The notes under the pieces are model-generated. The model was not told where the DNA came from and did not search any database. It saw nothing but the letters and a program-made list of their open reading frames with translations. Positions 28,992 to 39,818 of a stretch of 64,000 nucleotides of DNA are shown here, one piece after another. Location: contig CAWBBV010000023.1 of the NCBI GenBank assembly GCA_963787125.1, positions 32,001-96,000 on the forward strand. The letters run 5' to 3'. The position numbers and the translations under genes were made by a program. How positions within the stretch are numbered: the stretch's first letter is position 1; the number at the start of each line of letters is the position of its first letter. This DNA comes from an uncultured delta proteobacterium (lineage in GTDB: Bacteria > Desulfobacterota > Desulfuromonadia > Geobacterales > DSM-12255).

Positions 28992-29432
28992 ATGATGGCC
29001 TATATAACTTTTTACACTAAGCCTGGCTGTGCAACTGCTGCCAAACAGCTGGAACTGCTGCGACGATCAGGGCACTCGGTTGAAGTGCACGACCTGATAA
29101 CCCACCCTTGGGCGGCAGTCGAACTAATGTCTTATTTTGGCGAAATGCCGGTGGATCTGTGGTTCAACCCCAATTCACCGCGGGTAAAATCGGGCGAAAT
29201 AGATCCGCTCTGCTACGATACGAGTACTGCGCTCAAACTTATGCAGGAAGATCACCTGCTGATCCGCAGGCCGCTGATGGAATCCCGTGGGATGCGGCTT
29301 TGCGGCTTTGATCCTGCAAAAGTTCATACCATGGTCGGATTGATATTTCCGGCTGAAGCTGTTGCGATGAGTGCGGATTTTCAGACATGTTCGCAGCCAG
29401 CAGCAAGCACCGGGTCGGCAACTTGCCTGTGA
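28992..29432 (+). CDS. Nitrogenase-associated ArsC/Spx family protein (NifO-like)
   Basis: FYTKPGC, WFNPNSPRVKSGEIDP, LLIRRPLM, CGFD; GGAGG RBS. Confidence 0.8.
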   Translation: MMAYITFYTKPGCATAAKQLELLRRSGHSVEVHDLITHPWAAVELMSYFGEMPVDLWFNPNSPRVKSGEIDPLCYDTSTALKLMQEDHLLIRRPLMESRGMRLCGFDPAKVHTMVGLIFPAEAVAMSADFQTCSQPAASTGSATCL

Positions 29433-29449
29433 AGTTGCTGTGCACACCG

Positions 29450-29545
29450 GCAGCTTTCCACTTCGATCCTTTCCAGCAGCTGTAACGCAGTCTGATGGTC
29501 ATGCTGTTCGAACAGCTCCATCAAGTTATTTACGTTACAGTGAAG
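29450..29545 (-). pseudogene. cowN: C-terminal remnant of N2-fixation-sustaining protein CowN
   Basis: LHCNVNNLMELFEQHDHQTALQLLERIEVESC resembles the CowN C-terminus as recalled; 5' part absent, stop lost. Confidence 0.65.
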
Positions 29546-29561
29546 TTCAGGGGATAGAGCG

Positions 29562-30182
29562 ATGATAATTACAAGGCAAACCACGGCGAGTTTTGACGTG
29601 GATGCACAAAAAGGTTTTACTCCGCTCTGCCCGGAGGAGTTGCCGGTTACCGGCGGGGAGACTCTGGCGGCGGTACTCAACCGCCAGGCCGGCCTGGCCC
29701 GGCTGAGAATCGGTTCCAAGGATGCCCATCCAGTAACAGCGGTGTGGCGTGCGGTAACAGGGGCGCCGCAGTTTTCAAAGGTAGCGGGGAAGAACGTAGA
29801 TATTCGCTGGAATCTACACTGTGTGCCGGGGACGCTGGGGCATGAGCTCATCGACGGCTTGCCTCACCCGGCGGACTACGACTTTTTCGTGCAGAAGGGA
29901 ATCGAACCGGATATGCACCCCTACGGCGCCTGTTATCACGACCTGGCAGAGCGACAGAGCACCGGCGTTATCGAGTTTTTGCAATACAACAGTATTAAAA
30001 CAGTGCTTGTCGGCGGCCTGGCTACCGACTACTGTGTGAAAACCACGGCACTGCAGCTTCGCCGGGGAGGGTTGGAGGTTATTGTTAATCTGGCCGCCTG
30101 TCGGGGGATCTCCGCTGACACCGTTTTGATGGCGGTGGATGAGCTGGCTGCGGCCGGCATTATTGTGGTAGAGGCCCTCTGA
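29562..30182 (+). CDS. pncA: Nicotinamidase
   Basis: DVDAQKGF, SKDAHP, WNLHCVPGT, QKG, GLATDYCV; upstream of pncB. Confidence 0.9.
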   Translation: MIITRQTTASFDVDAQKGFTPLCPEELPVTGGETLAAVLNRQAGLARLRIGSKDAHPVTAVWRAVTGAPQFSKVAGKNVDIRWNLHCVPGTLGHELIDGLPHPADYDFFVQKGIEPDMHPYGACYHDLAERQSTGVIEFLQYNSIKTVLVGGLATDYCVKTTALQLRRGGLEVIVNLAACRGISADTVLMAVDELAAAGIIVVEAL

Positions 30183-30201
30183 AAGCGGGAAAGGGATTAT
30201 T

Positions 30202-31395
30202 ATGAAGCAGGACAAACCGATAATCCGGACTTTGATGGATACGGATCGCTATAAGTTTTCCATGCAGAAAGTCTTCCTCCACCATTACCCGGCAGCCCGG
30301 GCCCGTTACCGGTTGCACTGCCGCACTGGAGGGGCGAACCTGGGCAGGTATGCTGACGAGATCCGTGAACAGGTGCGCCACCTGGATTCGCTCACTTTCA
30401 GCCGGGAAGAGCTTGACTATCTCGGCAGCATTCCGTCACTTGCCGGTGATTATATCGACTTCCTGAGAGTTTTTCGGCTGGACAGCAGCAGCGTCAGGAT
30501 TGAAGCCCGGGGCGATGAACTGATCATCGAAGCCCAGGGGCCGATGGTCTATGTCATGCCGTTCGAGCTGTATATCCTGCCGATTGTGCAGGAGGTTTAC
30601 ACGCGCCGGACGTACCCCGGCGAAAACTATGCTGAGGCGGAGCGCCGTCTTGACGAAAAGATCGCCTATGTTAAAAACTCCGACATGGCTGGTGATTTCC
30701 GCTATGCGGATTTTGGCAGTCGCCGCCGGGAGAGCCGGGAGTGGCACGATGTTACCGTCAGGCGGCAGGCCGAAGCGCTGCCGGACAACTTTATCGGCAC
30801 GAGCAATATGTGGCTGGCGATGAAATACGGCCTGACGCCGGTCGGCACCATGGCCCACGAATATCTGCAGGCATTCCAGGCGCTCGGCCCCCGGCTGGTG
30901 GACAGCCAGAAGGCCGCGCTGGAAACCTGGGTACGGGAGTTTCGCGGTGACCTGGGGATTGCGCTCACAGATGTGGTGGGGATGGATGCGTTTCTACGCG
31001 ATCTTGATCTCTACTTTGCCAAGCTCCTCGACGGCTTCCGCCAGGATTCCGGTCAGCCGGTCAAGTGGACCTGGAAACTGGTTCAGCGGCTCCGTGAGCT
31101 TCACCTCGACCCCTTGACAAAAAGTGCCGTCTACAGCGACGGCCTGACCCTGATTACGGCCATCTCCCTCCATCGCCTTGTGCGCCATTCGATCCGGCCG
31201 GTGTTCGGCATCGGCACCCATCTGACCAATGACTTCGGCCGACCGCCGCTGAACCTGGTGATGAAGATGGTCGAGTGCAATGGCCAGCCCGTGGCTAAAA
31301 TTTCCGATTCCCCCGGCAAAGGGCTCTGTGATAATGAAAACTTCATGCGCTACCTTAAACAGGTGTTCCGGATCCCTGCGGATACGATCGATTGA
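30202..31395 (+). CDS. pncB: Nicotinate phosphoribosyltransferase
   Basis: DTDRYKFSM, DFGSRRR, GTSN, GTMAHE, RQDSG, SDGL, FGIGT, AKISDSPGK. Confidence 0.93.
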   Translation: MKQDKPIIRTLMDTDRYKFSMQKVFLHHYPAARARYRLHCRTGGANLGRYADEIREQVRHLDSLTFSREELDYLGSIPSLAGDYIDFLRVFRLDSSSVRIEARGDELIIEAQGPMVYVMPFELYILPIVQEVYTRRTYPGENYAEAERRLDEKIAYVKNSDMAGDFRYADFGSRRRESREWHDVTVRRQAEALPDNFIGTSNMWLAMKYGLTPVGTMAHEYLQAFQALGPRLVDSQKAALETWVREFRGDLGIALTDVVGMDAFLRDLDLYFAKLLDGFRQDSGQPVKWTWKLVQRLRELHLDPLTKSAVYSDGLTLITAISLHRLVRHSIRPVFGIGTHLTNDFGRPPLNLVMKMVECNGQPVAKISDSPGKGLCDNENFMRYLKQVFRIPADTID

Positions 31396-31534
31396 CAGGA
31401 GCCCCCCCCTGACTACTTCCCGTGCATCAGGATAAAATCTGCTGAAAGTTGCAGCAGAACAAAGGCCCTCTGATTACTGATTAGTTGTAACTGGCTGAAA
31501 CTACAGTTTATATTTTTTTAAAAATATTGGCATG

Positions 31535-31558
31535 CGTTATGTAGTGTTGACTATAGCG
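31535..31558. promoter_or_regulatory. ModE box 1
   Basis: CGTTATGTAGTGTTGACTATAGCG (24 bp, CGTTAT...ATAACG type). Confidence 0.7.
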
Positions 31559-31597
31559 ATATGCCTTCTAATTTTTTAAATATCAGGCTTTACATGT

Positions 31598-31621
31598 CGT
31601 TATGTATATTTATTTATAACG
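31598..31621. promoter_or_regulatory. ModE box 2
   Basis: CGTTATGTATATTTATTTATAACG (24 bp). Confidence 0.8.
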
Positions 31622-31694
31622 ATACTGTATTTTGATCGGAGTTATTCACCATGAGGGGAACTGAAACAAAAGCTCATTACATAGGGGGATGGAG

Positions 31695-31769
31695 ATGAAA
31701 AAGGTTTTGGTAGCTGTGGGCATAATAGCGGCAAGAACGCCACTGACGATAATCAGATCAGGTTACTAG
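31695..31769 (+). pseudogene. Short ORF with signal-peptide-like start; probable remnant of a deleted secreted protein
   Basis: RBS-like GGGGGA/GGAG, then MKKVLVAVGIIAARTPLTIIRSGY*. Confidence 0.4.
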
Positions 31770-31914
31770 GTACAGATGCTCTTATAAAGTCTGAAGTTTC
31801 AGCGGTATACGAACAATGACAATGCTAAAGATAGTGTTGCTTCCAACTCTGTTCGGAGTAAACTTAAATGACTATAGCGAGATTTAAAGCATCTGCTTCG
31901 CGGAGAGTAAGAGC

Positions 31915-32724
31915 ATGAAGTGCAGCAATAATACTCTGGGTCTTAGCGGTAACCTCTGGTTCAATCAGGCAGAAAACAAGTTTCTTGGTGGTGACCGGAT
32001 CAGTCTGCTGGAGAGAATCGACGAGCTTGGCTCCATCACCAGAGCAGCCAAAGCTGTCGGCATCAGCTACAAAACCGCCTGGGATATAGTCAACCTTATC
32101 AACAACCTGGCGGAACAGCCGCTGGTTGACCGCTCGGCAGGCGGCAAGGGTGGCGGCGGTACGAGTCTGACCGATGCCGGGAAGAAGGTCGTCACCCAGT
32201 ATAAAACCATCCAGGAAGAGCACCGCAAATTCCTGGATAATCTGGAAAACAGGCTCGGTGACACCGATGGCCTGTACCAATTCTTAAGGAGGATTTCCAT
32301 GAAAGTCAGCGCACGTAACACATTTGCCGGATCAGTTAGCAATATCACCAAAGGGGCCGTTAACGCCGAGGTAACCTTAAGTCTCAAAGGCGGTGTCCCG
32401 CTCGTGGCAGTTGTCACCAACGGCGCCATCGACAACCTGGGGCTGAAATCCGGTGCTGAGGCCTACGCCATCGTTAAGGCAAGCTCGGTCATCATCGGCA
32501 CTGATCTCCACGATGCCAAAGTCAGCGCCCGCAACATTTTCTGCGGCACGGTTGCCAAAATCATCGAAGGGCCGGTCAACACCGAGGTCGACATTGAAAT
32601 CGGCGGCGGTAACACTGTCAGTGCCGTTATCACCCATGAAAGCAGTACTCGGCTGGAGCTCAAGGTTGGCGGTCACGCCTGTGCCCTCTTCAAAGCATCC
32701 AGCGTTATCATCGGCGTCAGCTGA
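31915..32724 (+). CDS. modE: Molybdate-responsive regulator ModE
   Basis: GSITRAAKAVGISYKTAW HTH, GGKGGGG, two SARN (TOBE) repeats. Confidence 0.93.
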   Translation: MKCSNNTLGLSGNLWFNQAENKFLGGDRISLLERIDELGSITRAAKAVGISYKTAWDIVNLINNLAEQPLVDRSAGGKGGGGTSLTDAGKKVVTQYKTIQEEHRKFLDNLENRLGDTDGLYQFLRRISMKVSARNTFAGSVSNITKGAVNAEVTLSLKGGVPLVAVVTNGAIDNLGLKSGAEAYAIVKASSVIIGTDLHDAKVSARNIFCGTVAKIIEGPVNTEVDIEIGGGNTVSAVITHESSTRLELKVGGHACALFKASSVIIGVS

Positions 32725-32733
32725 TAAGATTTT

Positions 32734-32763
32734 AAGGGACACCAACGGCGCTGTCCCTTTTTT
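32734..32763 (+). terminator. Terminator after modE
   Basis: AAGGGACA...TGTCCCTT plus T-run. Confidence 0.7.
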
Positions 32764-32772
32764 GTGGCATAA

Positions 32773-32796
32773 CGTTGTATGCTTTTAACTATAACG
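32773..32796. promoter_or_regulatory. ModE box upstream of modA
   Basis: CGTTGTATGCTTTTAACTATAACG (24 bp). Confidence 0.75.
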
Positions 32797-32851
32797 AGCC
32801 AATTTGATCTTGGTTTCCGAGGCACCAACAACCCGTTTGGAGGTTCATTTC

Positions 32852-33595
32852 ATGACAGATGTTTTAAAAATGGTAGCAGCCTTGTTTTGCCTGATTCTTG
32901 TGGCTACTCCGGTGCTTGCCGCTGATGTCAATCTTTCCGTTGCCGCCAGCCTGAAAGATGTCATCAACGAGCTTGCTGATGGCTATGCCAAAAAACATCC
33001 CGGCGTGAAGTTAGTCAAGAACTACGGAGCATCAGGGGCGCTGGCGAAACAGGTTGAAAATGGAGCTCCTGCCGATATCTTTATTGCCGCTAACCTGGAG
33101 TGGCTGGACTACCTGAAGACCAGGAAGCTGGTTTATCCTGCCAGTATCGGTACCTTTACCACCAACACCCTTGTCTTTGCCGGTGCGCCCGGCAAGGCGG
33201 CTTCGCTGCAGGATTTGCTCAAGCTGGAGAGAATTGCTATCGGTAGTCCCAAAAGTGTCCCGGCCGGTGAGTATGCCATGGAAGCCTTCAAGAAGGCCGG
33301 TATCGATAAGCAATTGGAAAAGAAGCTGGTCATGGCCAGGGATGTGCGCGAATGCCTGATGTATGCCGAGCGTGGTGAAGTTGATGGCGCTTTTGTTTAT
33401 AAAACAGATGCAATGCAGGCGAAACAGGCAAAAATACTGTTTACGGTCCCGCAGAATCTTTATTCACGGATTATCTACCCGCTATCATTGACAGTCTCCG
33501 GGGCGCAGAACAAAGACGCTGTGGCATTCTTTGCTTTTTTGCATGGTGATGAGGCAAAGACGGCACTGGTGAAGTACGGCTTTACTGCCCGATAA
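32852..33595 (+). CDS. modA: Molybdate ABC transporter substrate-binding protein
   Basis: Signal peptide, AASL, GASGALAKQ, PKSVPAGEYA, VYKTDA. Confidence 0.93.
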   Translation: MTDVLKMVAALFCLILVATPVLAADVNLSVAASLKDVINELADGYAKKHPGVKLVKNYGASGALAKQVENGAPADIFIAANLEWLDYLKTRKLVYPASIGTFTTNTLVFAGAPGKAASLQDLLKLERIAIGSPKSVPAGEYAMEAFKKAGIDKQLEKKLVMARDVRECLMYAERGEVDGAFVYKTDAMQAKQAKILFTVPQNLYSRIIYPLSLTVSGAQNKDAVAFFAFLHGDEAKTALVKYGFTAR

Positions 33596-33610
33596 CACAC
33601 AAGGTAATTT

Positions 33611-34294
33611 ATGATCTCTTTAGCTGCCACAGATTACGCTGCCATCCGGCTCTCCCTGCAGGTCTCGCTTGCTGCTACCCTGCTGTCACTGCCATTCGGT
33701 TTTGCCTTTGCCTACCTGATCACCTTTGTCAGATTTCGCGGCAAGGTTTTGCTGGAGGTGCTGGTCAATCTGCCCTTGACCCTGCCGCCGGTAGTTGTCG
33801 GTTATTTTCTGCTGCTGCTGCTGGGGAAGCATGGCTGGCTCGGTTCGCTTTTGAACGAAGCGGGCATCCGCATAATATTTACCCTCAAGGCGGCGGTCAT
33901 CGCCTCGGCTGTAGTCGGTTTTCCCCTGCTGGTTCGTTCGCTGCGCATCGGCATGGAGGGGATTGATCCACAACTGATCAACGCGTCCCGAACCCTGGGA
34001 GCACGGTGGTATGATACCCTGCTGACCATAATTCTGCCTCTCTCCGGTCCCGGACTGATTGCCGGTTCGTCGCTGATGTTCGCTCGCAGCCTCGGTGAAT
34101 TCGGCGCGACAATTATTGTCGCCGGCAATATTCCCGGTGTTACCCAGACCATTCCGCTGGCTATTTACGAGTATGCCGGTTCTCCCACCAGCGAAAATAT
34201 GGCTTTGTCGCTTTGCCTGGTTTCGGTGGCCATTTCTGTTGTTGTGCTGTTTCTCCACGAAACGGTGGTAAAGAAAATAGCCCGGAGGGATTGA
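33611..34294 (+). CDS. modB: Molybdate ABC transporter permease
   Basis: LPLTLPPVVVG, FARSLGEFGAT, GNIPGVTQT. Confidence 0.93.
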   Translation: MISLAATDYAAIRLSLQVSLAATLLSLPFGFAFAYLITFVRFRGKVLLEVLVNLPLTLPPVVVGYFLLLLLGKHGWLGSLLNEAGIRIIFTLKAAVIASAVVGFPLLVRSLRIGMEGIDPQLINASRTLGARWYDTLLTIILPLSGPGLIAGSSLMFARSLGEFGATIIVAGNIPGVTQTIPLAIYEYAGSPTSENMALSLCLVSVAISVVVLFLHETVVKKIARRD

Positions 34295-34295
34295 T

Positions 34296-35354
34296 ATGCA
34301 GCTCAGCATGACAACAGCAAAACATTTCAGCGCTTTTACCCTTGCCACAGACTTTACCGTTAGTGGCGACAGGATCGGCGTTTTCGGTGCGTCCGGCAGC
34401 GGCAAGTCGACTCTGGTAAGCATGTTGGCAGGTCTGCTGGAACCGGATAGTGGCGAGATAATTCTTGATGAGGACTGTCTTTTCAGCTCTGCAAGAGGGA
34501 TCAACCTCCGTCCCGAGCAGCGGCGCATTGCCATGGTCTTTCAGCAGCACTGCCTGTTTCCCCACCTGAATGTCAGGAACAACCTGCTTTATGGCTTCAG
34601 ACGCTGCCCGCAGGAACACCGCACCATCGACTTCAACGCCCTGATTGAGGTGCTGCAGCTGGCAGAACTCCTTGATCGCGGCGTCACCAAACTCTCTGGC
34701 GGTGAAAAGCAGCGCGTCGCCCTGGGGCGTGCCATCCTGGCCAATCCCCGCCTGCTGCTGATGGACGAGCCGCTCTCGGCACTGGACGATACGCTGCGCT
34801 TCCAGATCATCCCCTATTTAAAAAGCGTCAGCCTGCAGTTTGGCATCCCCTATCTGTTCATCTCCCATTCACTGGTTGAAATGCGCCTCATGACCGATAC
34901 GGTACTGGCGTTTGAGAAAGGTGCGCTGGTTGCGCAGACTTCCGCCGAACAGTTGGCCCGCAGTACCATGGGGCAAAGTTCAGTCGGGTATATCAACCTG
35001 TTGCAACTCGGGCGGCCATCTCCGGTCGCCGGGCTTTTTGCCTATCCCTGGGGCGCTTCCCGGCTACTGCTCTCGCCCGGATCGGACAGTGACCGGTCTC
35101 TGGCAGAACTCTCCTCAAAAGACATCATCCTCTTCAAGCAGCACCCTGAAGCTATCAGCGCCCGTAATCTCCTCCAGTGCAGTGTGCGCAGTCTGTTCAG
35201 CTCCGGCCGGAAAATCGGCGTGGAGCTGGACTGTGCCGGCAACACACTGATTGCCGAGGTCGTCCAGGATGCGGTCAACGAATTGGGCATAACTGCCGGC
35301 CGCACTATTTACGCCGCTATCAAAGCCTCTGCTTTTAGAATGCTACCCAGCTGA
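34296..35354 (+). CDS. modC: Molybdate ABC transporter ATPase
   Basis: GASGSGKS, LSGGEKQR, LLMDEP, C-terminal TOBE (SARN). Confidence 0.93.
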   Translation: MQLSMTTAKHFSAFTLATDFTVSGDRIGVFGASGSGKSTLVSMLAGLLEPDSGEIILDEDCLFSSARGINLRPEQRRIAMVFQQHCLFPHLNVRNNLLYGFRRCPQEHRTIDFNALIEVLQLAELLDRGVTKLSGGEKQRVALGRAILANPRLLLMDEPLSALDDTLRFQIIPYLKSVSLQFGIPYLFISHSLVEMRLMTDTVLAFEKGALVAQTSAEQLARSTMGQSSVGYINLLQLGRPSPVAGLFAYPWGASRLLLSPGSDSDRSLAELSSKDIILFKQHPEAISARNLLQCSVRSLFSSGRKIGVELDCAGNTLIAEVVQDAVNELGITAGRTIYAAIKASAFRMLPS

Positions 35355-35473
35355 TTAATTGTGCGGCAGTTGCCTGCTTCGTTGGCGCATCCCCCCTTGT
35401 AAATCGACCTTTGTAAACCCCTCTTCTTATCTCATTAATATGTAACTATCAGATATTACGCTATTATTTAAAG

Positions 35474-35491
35474 TTGGCACGGCAAATGCTT
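35474..35491 (+). promoter_or_regulatory. Sigma54 promoter of nifHDK
   Basis: TTGGCACGGCAAATGCTT. Confidence 0.9.
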
Positions 35492-35498
35492 TAATTAG

Positions 35499-36515
<1,017 letters not shown>

Positions 36516-36519
36516 ATTC

Positions 36520-36589
36520 AGGGAAAGGTAAAGGCAGAGGTAAAGAAAAAGTAAATTCTGAATTTAACATTACCTCTACCTTTACCTCC
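36520..36589. repeat. nifH-nifD intergenic hairpin of 6-nt repeats
   Basis: GGTAAA/GGCAGA units with inverted TTTACC/TCTACC units. Confidence 0.65.
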
Positions 36590-36614
36590 AACTGCGACTG
36601 ATAAGGAGCGAATT

Positions 36615-38060
36615 ATGTCACATCCAATTAAAACATTACCCGGCATCACCAAAGAATCGACCGAGGAATTGATTGCCAAAACTCTTGAGGGTTATCCAGA
36701 GAAAGCAAAGAAGAAGCGTGCGCCCCATCTGGGCGCTAACGATCAGGGCTCCGGTTGCGCTGCGGTCAAGTCCAACAAGAAGACCGTCCCCGGTGTCATG
36801 AGCGCCCGCGGCTGTGCTTATGCCGGCGCCAAAGGGGTTGTCTGGGGACCGATCCGCGATATGGTCCATGTATCCCACGGCCCGGTCGGTTGTGGCTGGT
36901 ACTCCTGGGGCACCCGCCGTAACCTGATGAGCGGCAAGCTGGGGGTTGATCAGTTCGGCATGCAGTTCACCTCGGATTTTCAGGAAAAGGACATTGTCTA
37001 TGGTGGCGACAAGAAGCTGAAGCAGCTGCTGGTTGAGGCGAAAGAGCTGTTCCCGCTGGCTAAAGGGATCTCGGTTTTGTCCGAGTGTCCGGTCGGGCTT
37101 ATCGGCGACGATATCAACTCTACCGCCCGTCAATCGGCCAAAGAGCTGGATATGCCGATTATCCCCTGCAACTGCGAAGGGTTCCGCGGCGTTTCCCAGT
37201 CGCTCGGGCATCACATCTCCAACGACTCCATCCGTGATTACATCATCGGTACCCGCGAGTTTGTCGAGCCGGCGAGCCCATATGATATTTCCCTTATCGG
37301 TGACTATAACATCGGCGGCGATGTCTGGTCGGCCAAGGCGCTGCTTGAGGAGATCGGCCTCAATGTCAAATCGGTCTGGACCGGCGATGGTGAACTGGAA
37401 AAAATTGCCGCCACCCATACGGTCAAGCTGAACCTGATTCACTGCTATCGTTCCATGAACTACATGTGCAAGGTTATGGAAGAGAAATACGGCATCCCCT
37501 GGCTGGAATTCAACTTCTTCGGCCCGACCAAGATCCGTGAAAGCCTGCGCGCCATCGGCGAGCGCTTTGACCAGAACATTCAGGACAAGGTTGAGCAGGT
37601 TATTGCCAAGTACGATCCGATCATGCAGGCGATTGTGGATGAGTACCGCCCCCGCCTGGAAGGGAAGAAAGTGATGTTGCTGGTTGGTGGCCTCCGTCCA
37701 CGCCACACCATCGGCGCCTATGAAGATCTGGGTATGGAATGTGTCGGTGCCGGCTACGAATTCGCCCATTCGGATGACTATGACCGGACTGCTCCGGAAA
37801 TGCCCAATGCAACCGTCGTTTATGACGATCCGTCCGAGTACGAATTTGAGAAGTTTGCCGATGCCCTGAAACCGGACTTGATCGGCTCCGGCATCAAGGA
37901 AAAGTATGTTTTTCAGAAAATGGGGATTCCGTTCCGGCAGATGCACAGCTGGGATTACTCCGGTCCGTACCACGCTTATCAGGGGTTCTCGGTGTTTGCC
38001 AGAGACATCGATATGGCGGTCAACAGCCCGACCTGGAATCTGGTGAAAAGTCCTTTTTAA
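36615..38060 (+). CDS. nifD: Nitrogenase MoFe protein alpha chain
   Basis: [39 protein letters not shown]. Confidence 0.98.
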   Translation: MSHPIKTLPGITKESTEELIAKTLEGYPEKAKKKRAPHLGANDQGSGCAAVKSNKKTVPGVMSARGCAYAGAKGVVWGPIRDMVHVSHGPVGCGWYSWGTRRNLMSGKLGVDQFGMQFTSDFQEKDIVYGGDKKLKQLLVEAKELFPLAKGISVLSECPVGLIGDDINSTARQSAKELDMPIIPCNCEGFRGVSQSLGHHISNDSIRDYIIGTREFVEPASPYDISLIGDYNIGGDVWSAKALLEEIGLNVKSVWTGDGELEKIAATHTVKLNLIHCYRSMNYMCKVMEEKYGIPWLEFNFFGPTKIRESLRAIGERFDQNIQDKVEQVIAKYDPIMQAIVDEYRPRLEGKKVMLLVGGLRPRHTIGAYEDLGMECVGAGYEFAHSDDYDRTAPEMPNATVVYDDPSEYEFEKFADALKPDLIGSGIKEKYVFQKMGIPFRQMHSWDYSGPYHAYQGFSVFARDIDMAVNSPTWNLVKSPF

Positions 38061-38066
38061 CACGCT

Positions 38067-38094
38067 GTAGGGGCCCAGCAAACAGCGCCCTTAC
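38067..38094. repeat. GTAG-family REP-like palindrome between nifD and nifK
   Basis: GTAGGGGC...GCCCTTAC. Confidence 0.55.
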
Positions 38095-38141
38095 AAAAAA
38101 ATCTACCGTGATACAGATTGGTATCCGGAGAGGAGTCTACA

Positions 38142-39605
38142 ATGAGCGCAGAAGCCGCTGTCAAATATGTAACTGAAACTACCGAAGCTGAAAAAGAGCG
38201 GGTCGCTGAATGGATCAATACCGAGGAGTACAAGGATCTCAACTTCAAGCGTGAGGCGCTGGTTATAGCACCACCGCACGCCTGTCAGCCGCTGGGCGCC
38301 GAGCTGGTGGCCCATGCTTTTGAGGGTTCGCTCCCCTTTGTGCATGGTTCTCAAGGGTGCGCCTCCTACTACCGCTCCACCCTTAACCGTCACTTCCGTG
38401 AGCCGGCACCGGCGGTGTCCGACTCCATGACCGAAGACGGCGCGGTGTTCGGCGGCCAGAACAACCTGCATGAAGGTCTGGAAAACGCCATTGCCATTTA
38501 CAAGCCGAAGATGGTTTCCATCTTTACCTCCTGTATGCCGGAGATCATCGGCGACGACCTGGTCGCTTTCCTCAAAAATGCCCGCAACAAGGGGATCATA
38601 CCGGAGGGGATGCCGGTACCGTTCGCCAATACTCCCAGCTTTAACGGCTCCCACATCCACGGCTACGATGCCATGCTGAATGCTATTCTCCATACCCTGA
38701 CCGAAGGGAAAAAGGTGGAAGGGCGCTGTACCGGCAAGATTAACCTCATTCCCGGCTTTGACGCCAACACCGGTAACTTCCGTGAATACAAGCGGCTCTT
38801 CGCTGAATTCGGTGTGCCCCTTACCATTCTGGGAGATATTTCCGATGTCTTCGATGCCCCCTGCGACGGCACCTACCACACCTATCCCGGCGGCACCAAG
38901 CTGGACGACGCTGCCGACTCTATCAACGGCAAGGCAACCCTCAGCGTTGGCCCCTACTCGGCAGCCAAGACCTTTGCCTGGCTGAAGGATAATTTCTCCG
39001 GCAAACACTCCGCCATTCCCATGCCGATCGGTATTGCCAAGACTGACGAGCTGATCAAAAAGATTGCCGATCTTTCCGGCAAGCCGATTCCCGAGTCGAT
39101 CAAGAACGAGCGGGGCAGGGCGGTAGACGCCATGACCGACTCCCACCAGTACATGCATGGCAAAAAGTTTGCCCTTTACGGCGATCCGGATCAGCTGATC
39201 GGTTATGTCTCCTTCCTCTTGGAGATGGGGGCGATCCCGTATCACATTCTCTGCAGCAAGGGGAGTAAAAAAGTCGAGAAAGAGATTCAGGCGCTGCTCG
39301 ATGCCTCGCTCTACGGCAAAGGGTGCAAAATTTATATGGGCAAGGATCTGTGGCACATGCGCAGCCTGGTCATGACCGATCCGGTTGATGCCATGATCGG
39401 CGACACCCACGGCAAGTTCGCCTGCCGTGACGCCGGTATACCCCTGTTCCGCTTCGGCTTCCCGATTTTCGACCGGGTCAACAAGCACCGCTACCCGATC
39501 ATCGGCTACCAGGGTGCGATCAATATGGTCACCGAGATCTGCAACAAGTTTATTGATATCAAGGATGAAACCTGTGAGGATCGGTTTTTCGAGATGATGC
39601 GCTAG
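38142..39605 (+). CDS. nifK: Nitrogenase MoFe protein beta chain
   Basis: ACQPLGA, HGSQGC, TSCMPE, FPIFDR. Confidence 0.98.
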   Translation: MSAEAAVKYVTETTEAEKERVAEWINTEEYKDLNFKREALVIAPPHACQPLGAELVAHAFEGSLPFVHGSQGCASYYRSTLNRHFREPAPAVSDSMTEDGAVFGGQNNLHEGLENAIAIYKPKMVSIFTSCMPEIIGDDLVAFLKNARNKGIIPEGMPVPFANTPSFNGSHIHGYDAMLNAILHTLTEGKKVEGRCTGKINLIPGFDANTGNFREYKRLFAEFGVPLTILGDISDVFDAPCDGTYHTYPGGTKLDDAADSINGKATLSVGPYSAAKTFAWLKDNFSGKHSAIPMPIGIAKTDELIKKIADLSGKPIPESIKNERGRAVDAMTDSHQYMHGKKFALYGDPDQLIGYVSFLLEMGAIPYHILCSKGSKKVEKEIQALLDASLYGKGCKIYMGKDLWHMRSLVMTDPVDAMIGDTHGKFACRDAGIPLFRFGFPIFDRVNKHRYPIIGYQGAINMVTEICNKFIDIKDETCEDRFFEMMR

Positions 39606-39658
39606 GAGAGTTATGTTCTCTTGATCTGACGAAAAATTCTTCTTGCAGCGATTTAAAT

Positions 39659-39696
39659 AACATAAGGGCACTCCGGAAACGGGGTGCCCTTATGTT
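39659..39696 (+). terminator. Terminator after nifK
   Basis: AACATAAGGGCACTCC-GGAAAC-GGGGTGCCCTTATGTT. Confidence 0.85.
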
Positions 39697-39818
39697 ATGG
39701 TTGTAAAAGAGCAACTTCTTGACTCAATTTGTTATATATGCGAAAAATGTAGAACTTTTTCATGATGAAATGAAATTGTCGAGTCTTTGATGTGAAGATT
39801 ATTTCGTCGGAGTGAACT

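Noticed and set aside
29381..29851. 156-aa minus-strand ORF as an intact gene
   Set aside because: Mostly antisense to pncA; only 29450-29545 looks protein-like (cowN remnant)
36615..39605. Alternative (V or Fe-only) nitrogenase
   Set aside because: No vnfG/anfG between D and K; RQMHSWDY motif, nifEN and modABC indicate Mo-nitrogenase
36636..39671. Long antisense ORFs (481 and 522 aa) opposite nifD and nifK
   Set aside because: Shadow frames of strongly codon-biased genes; no motifs or RBS
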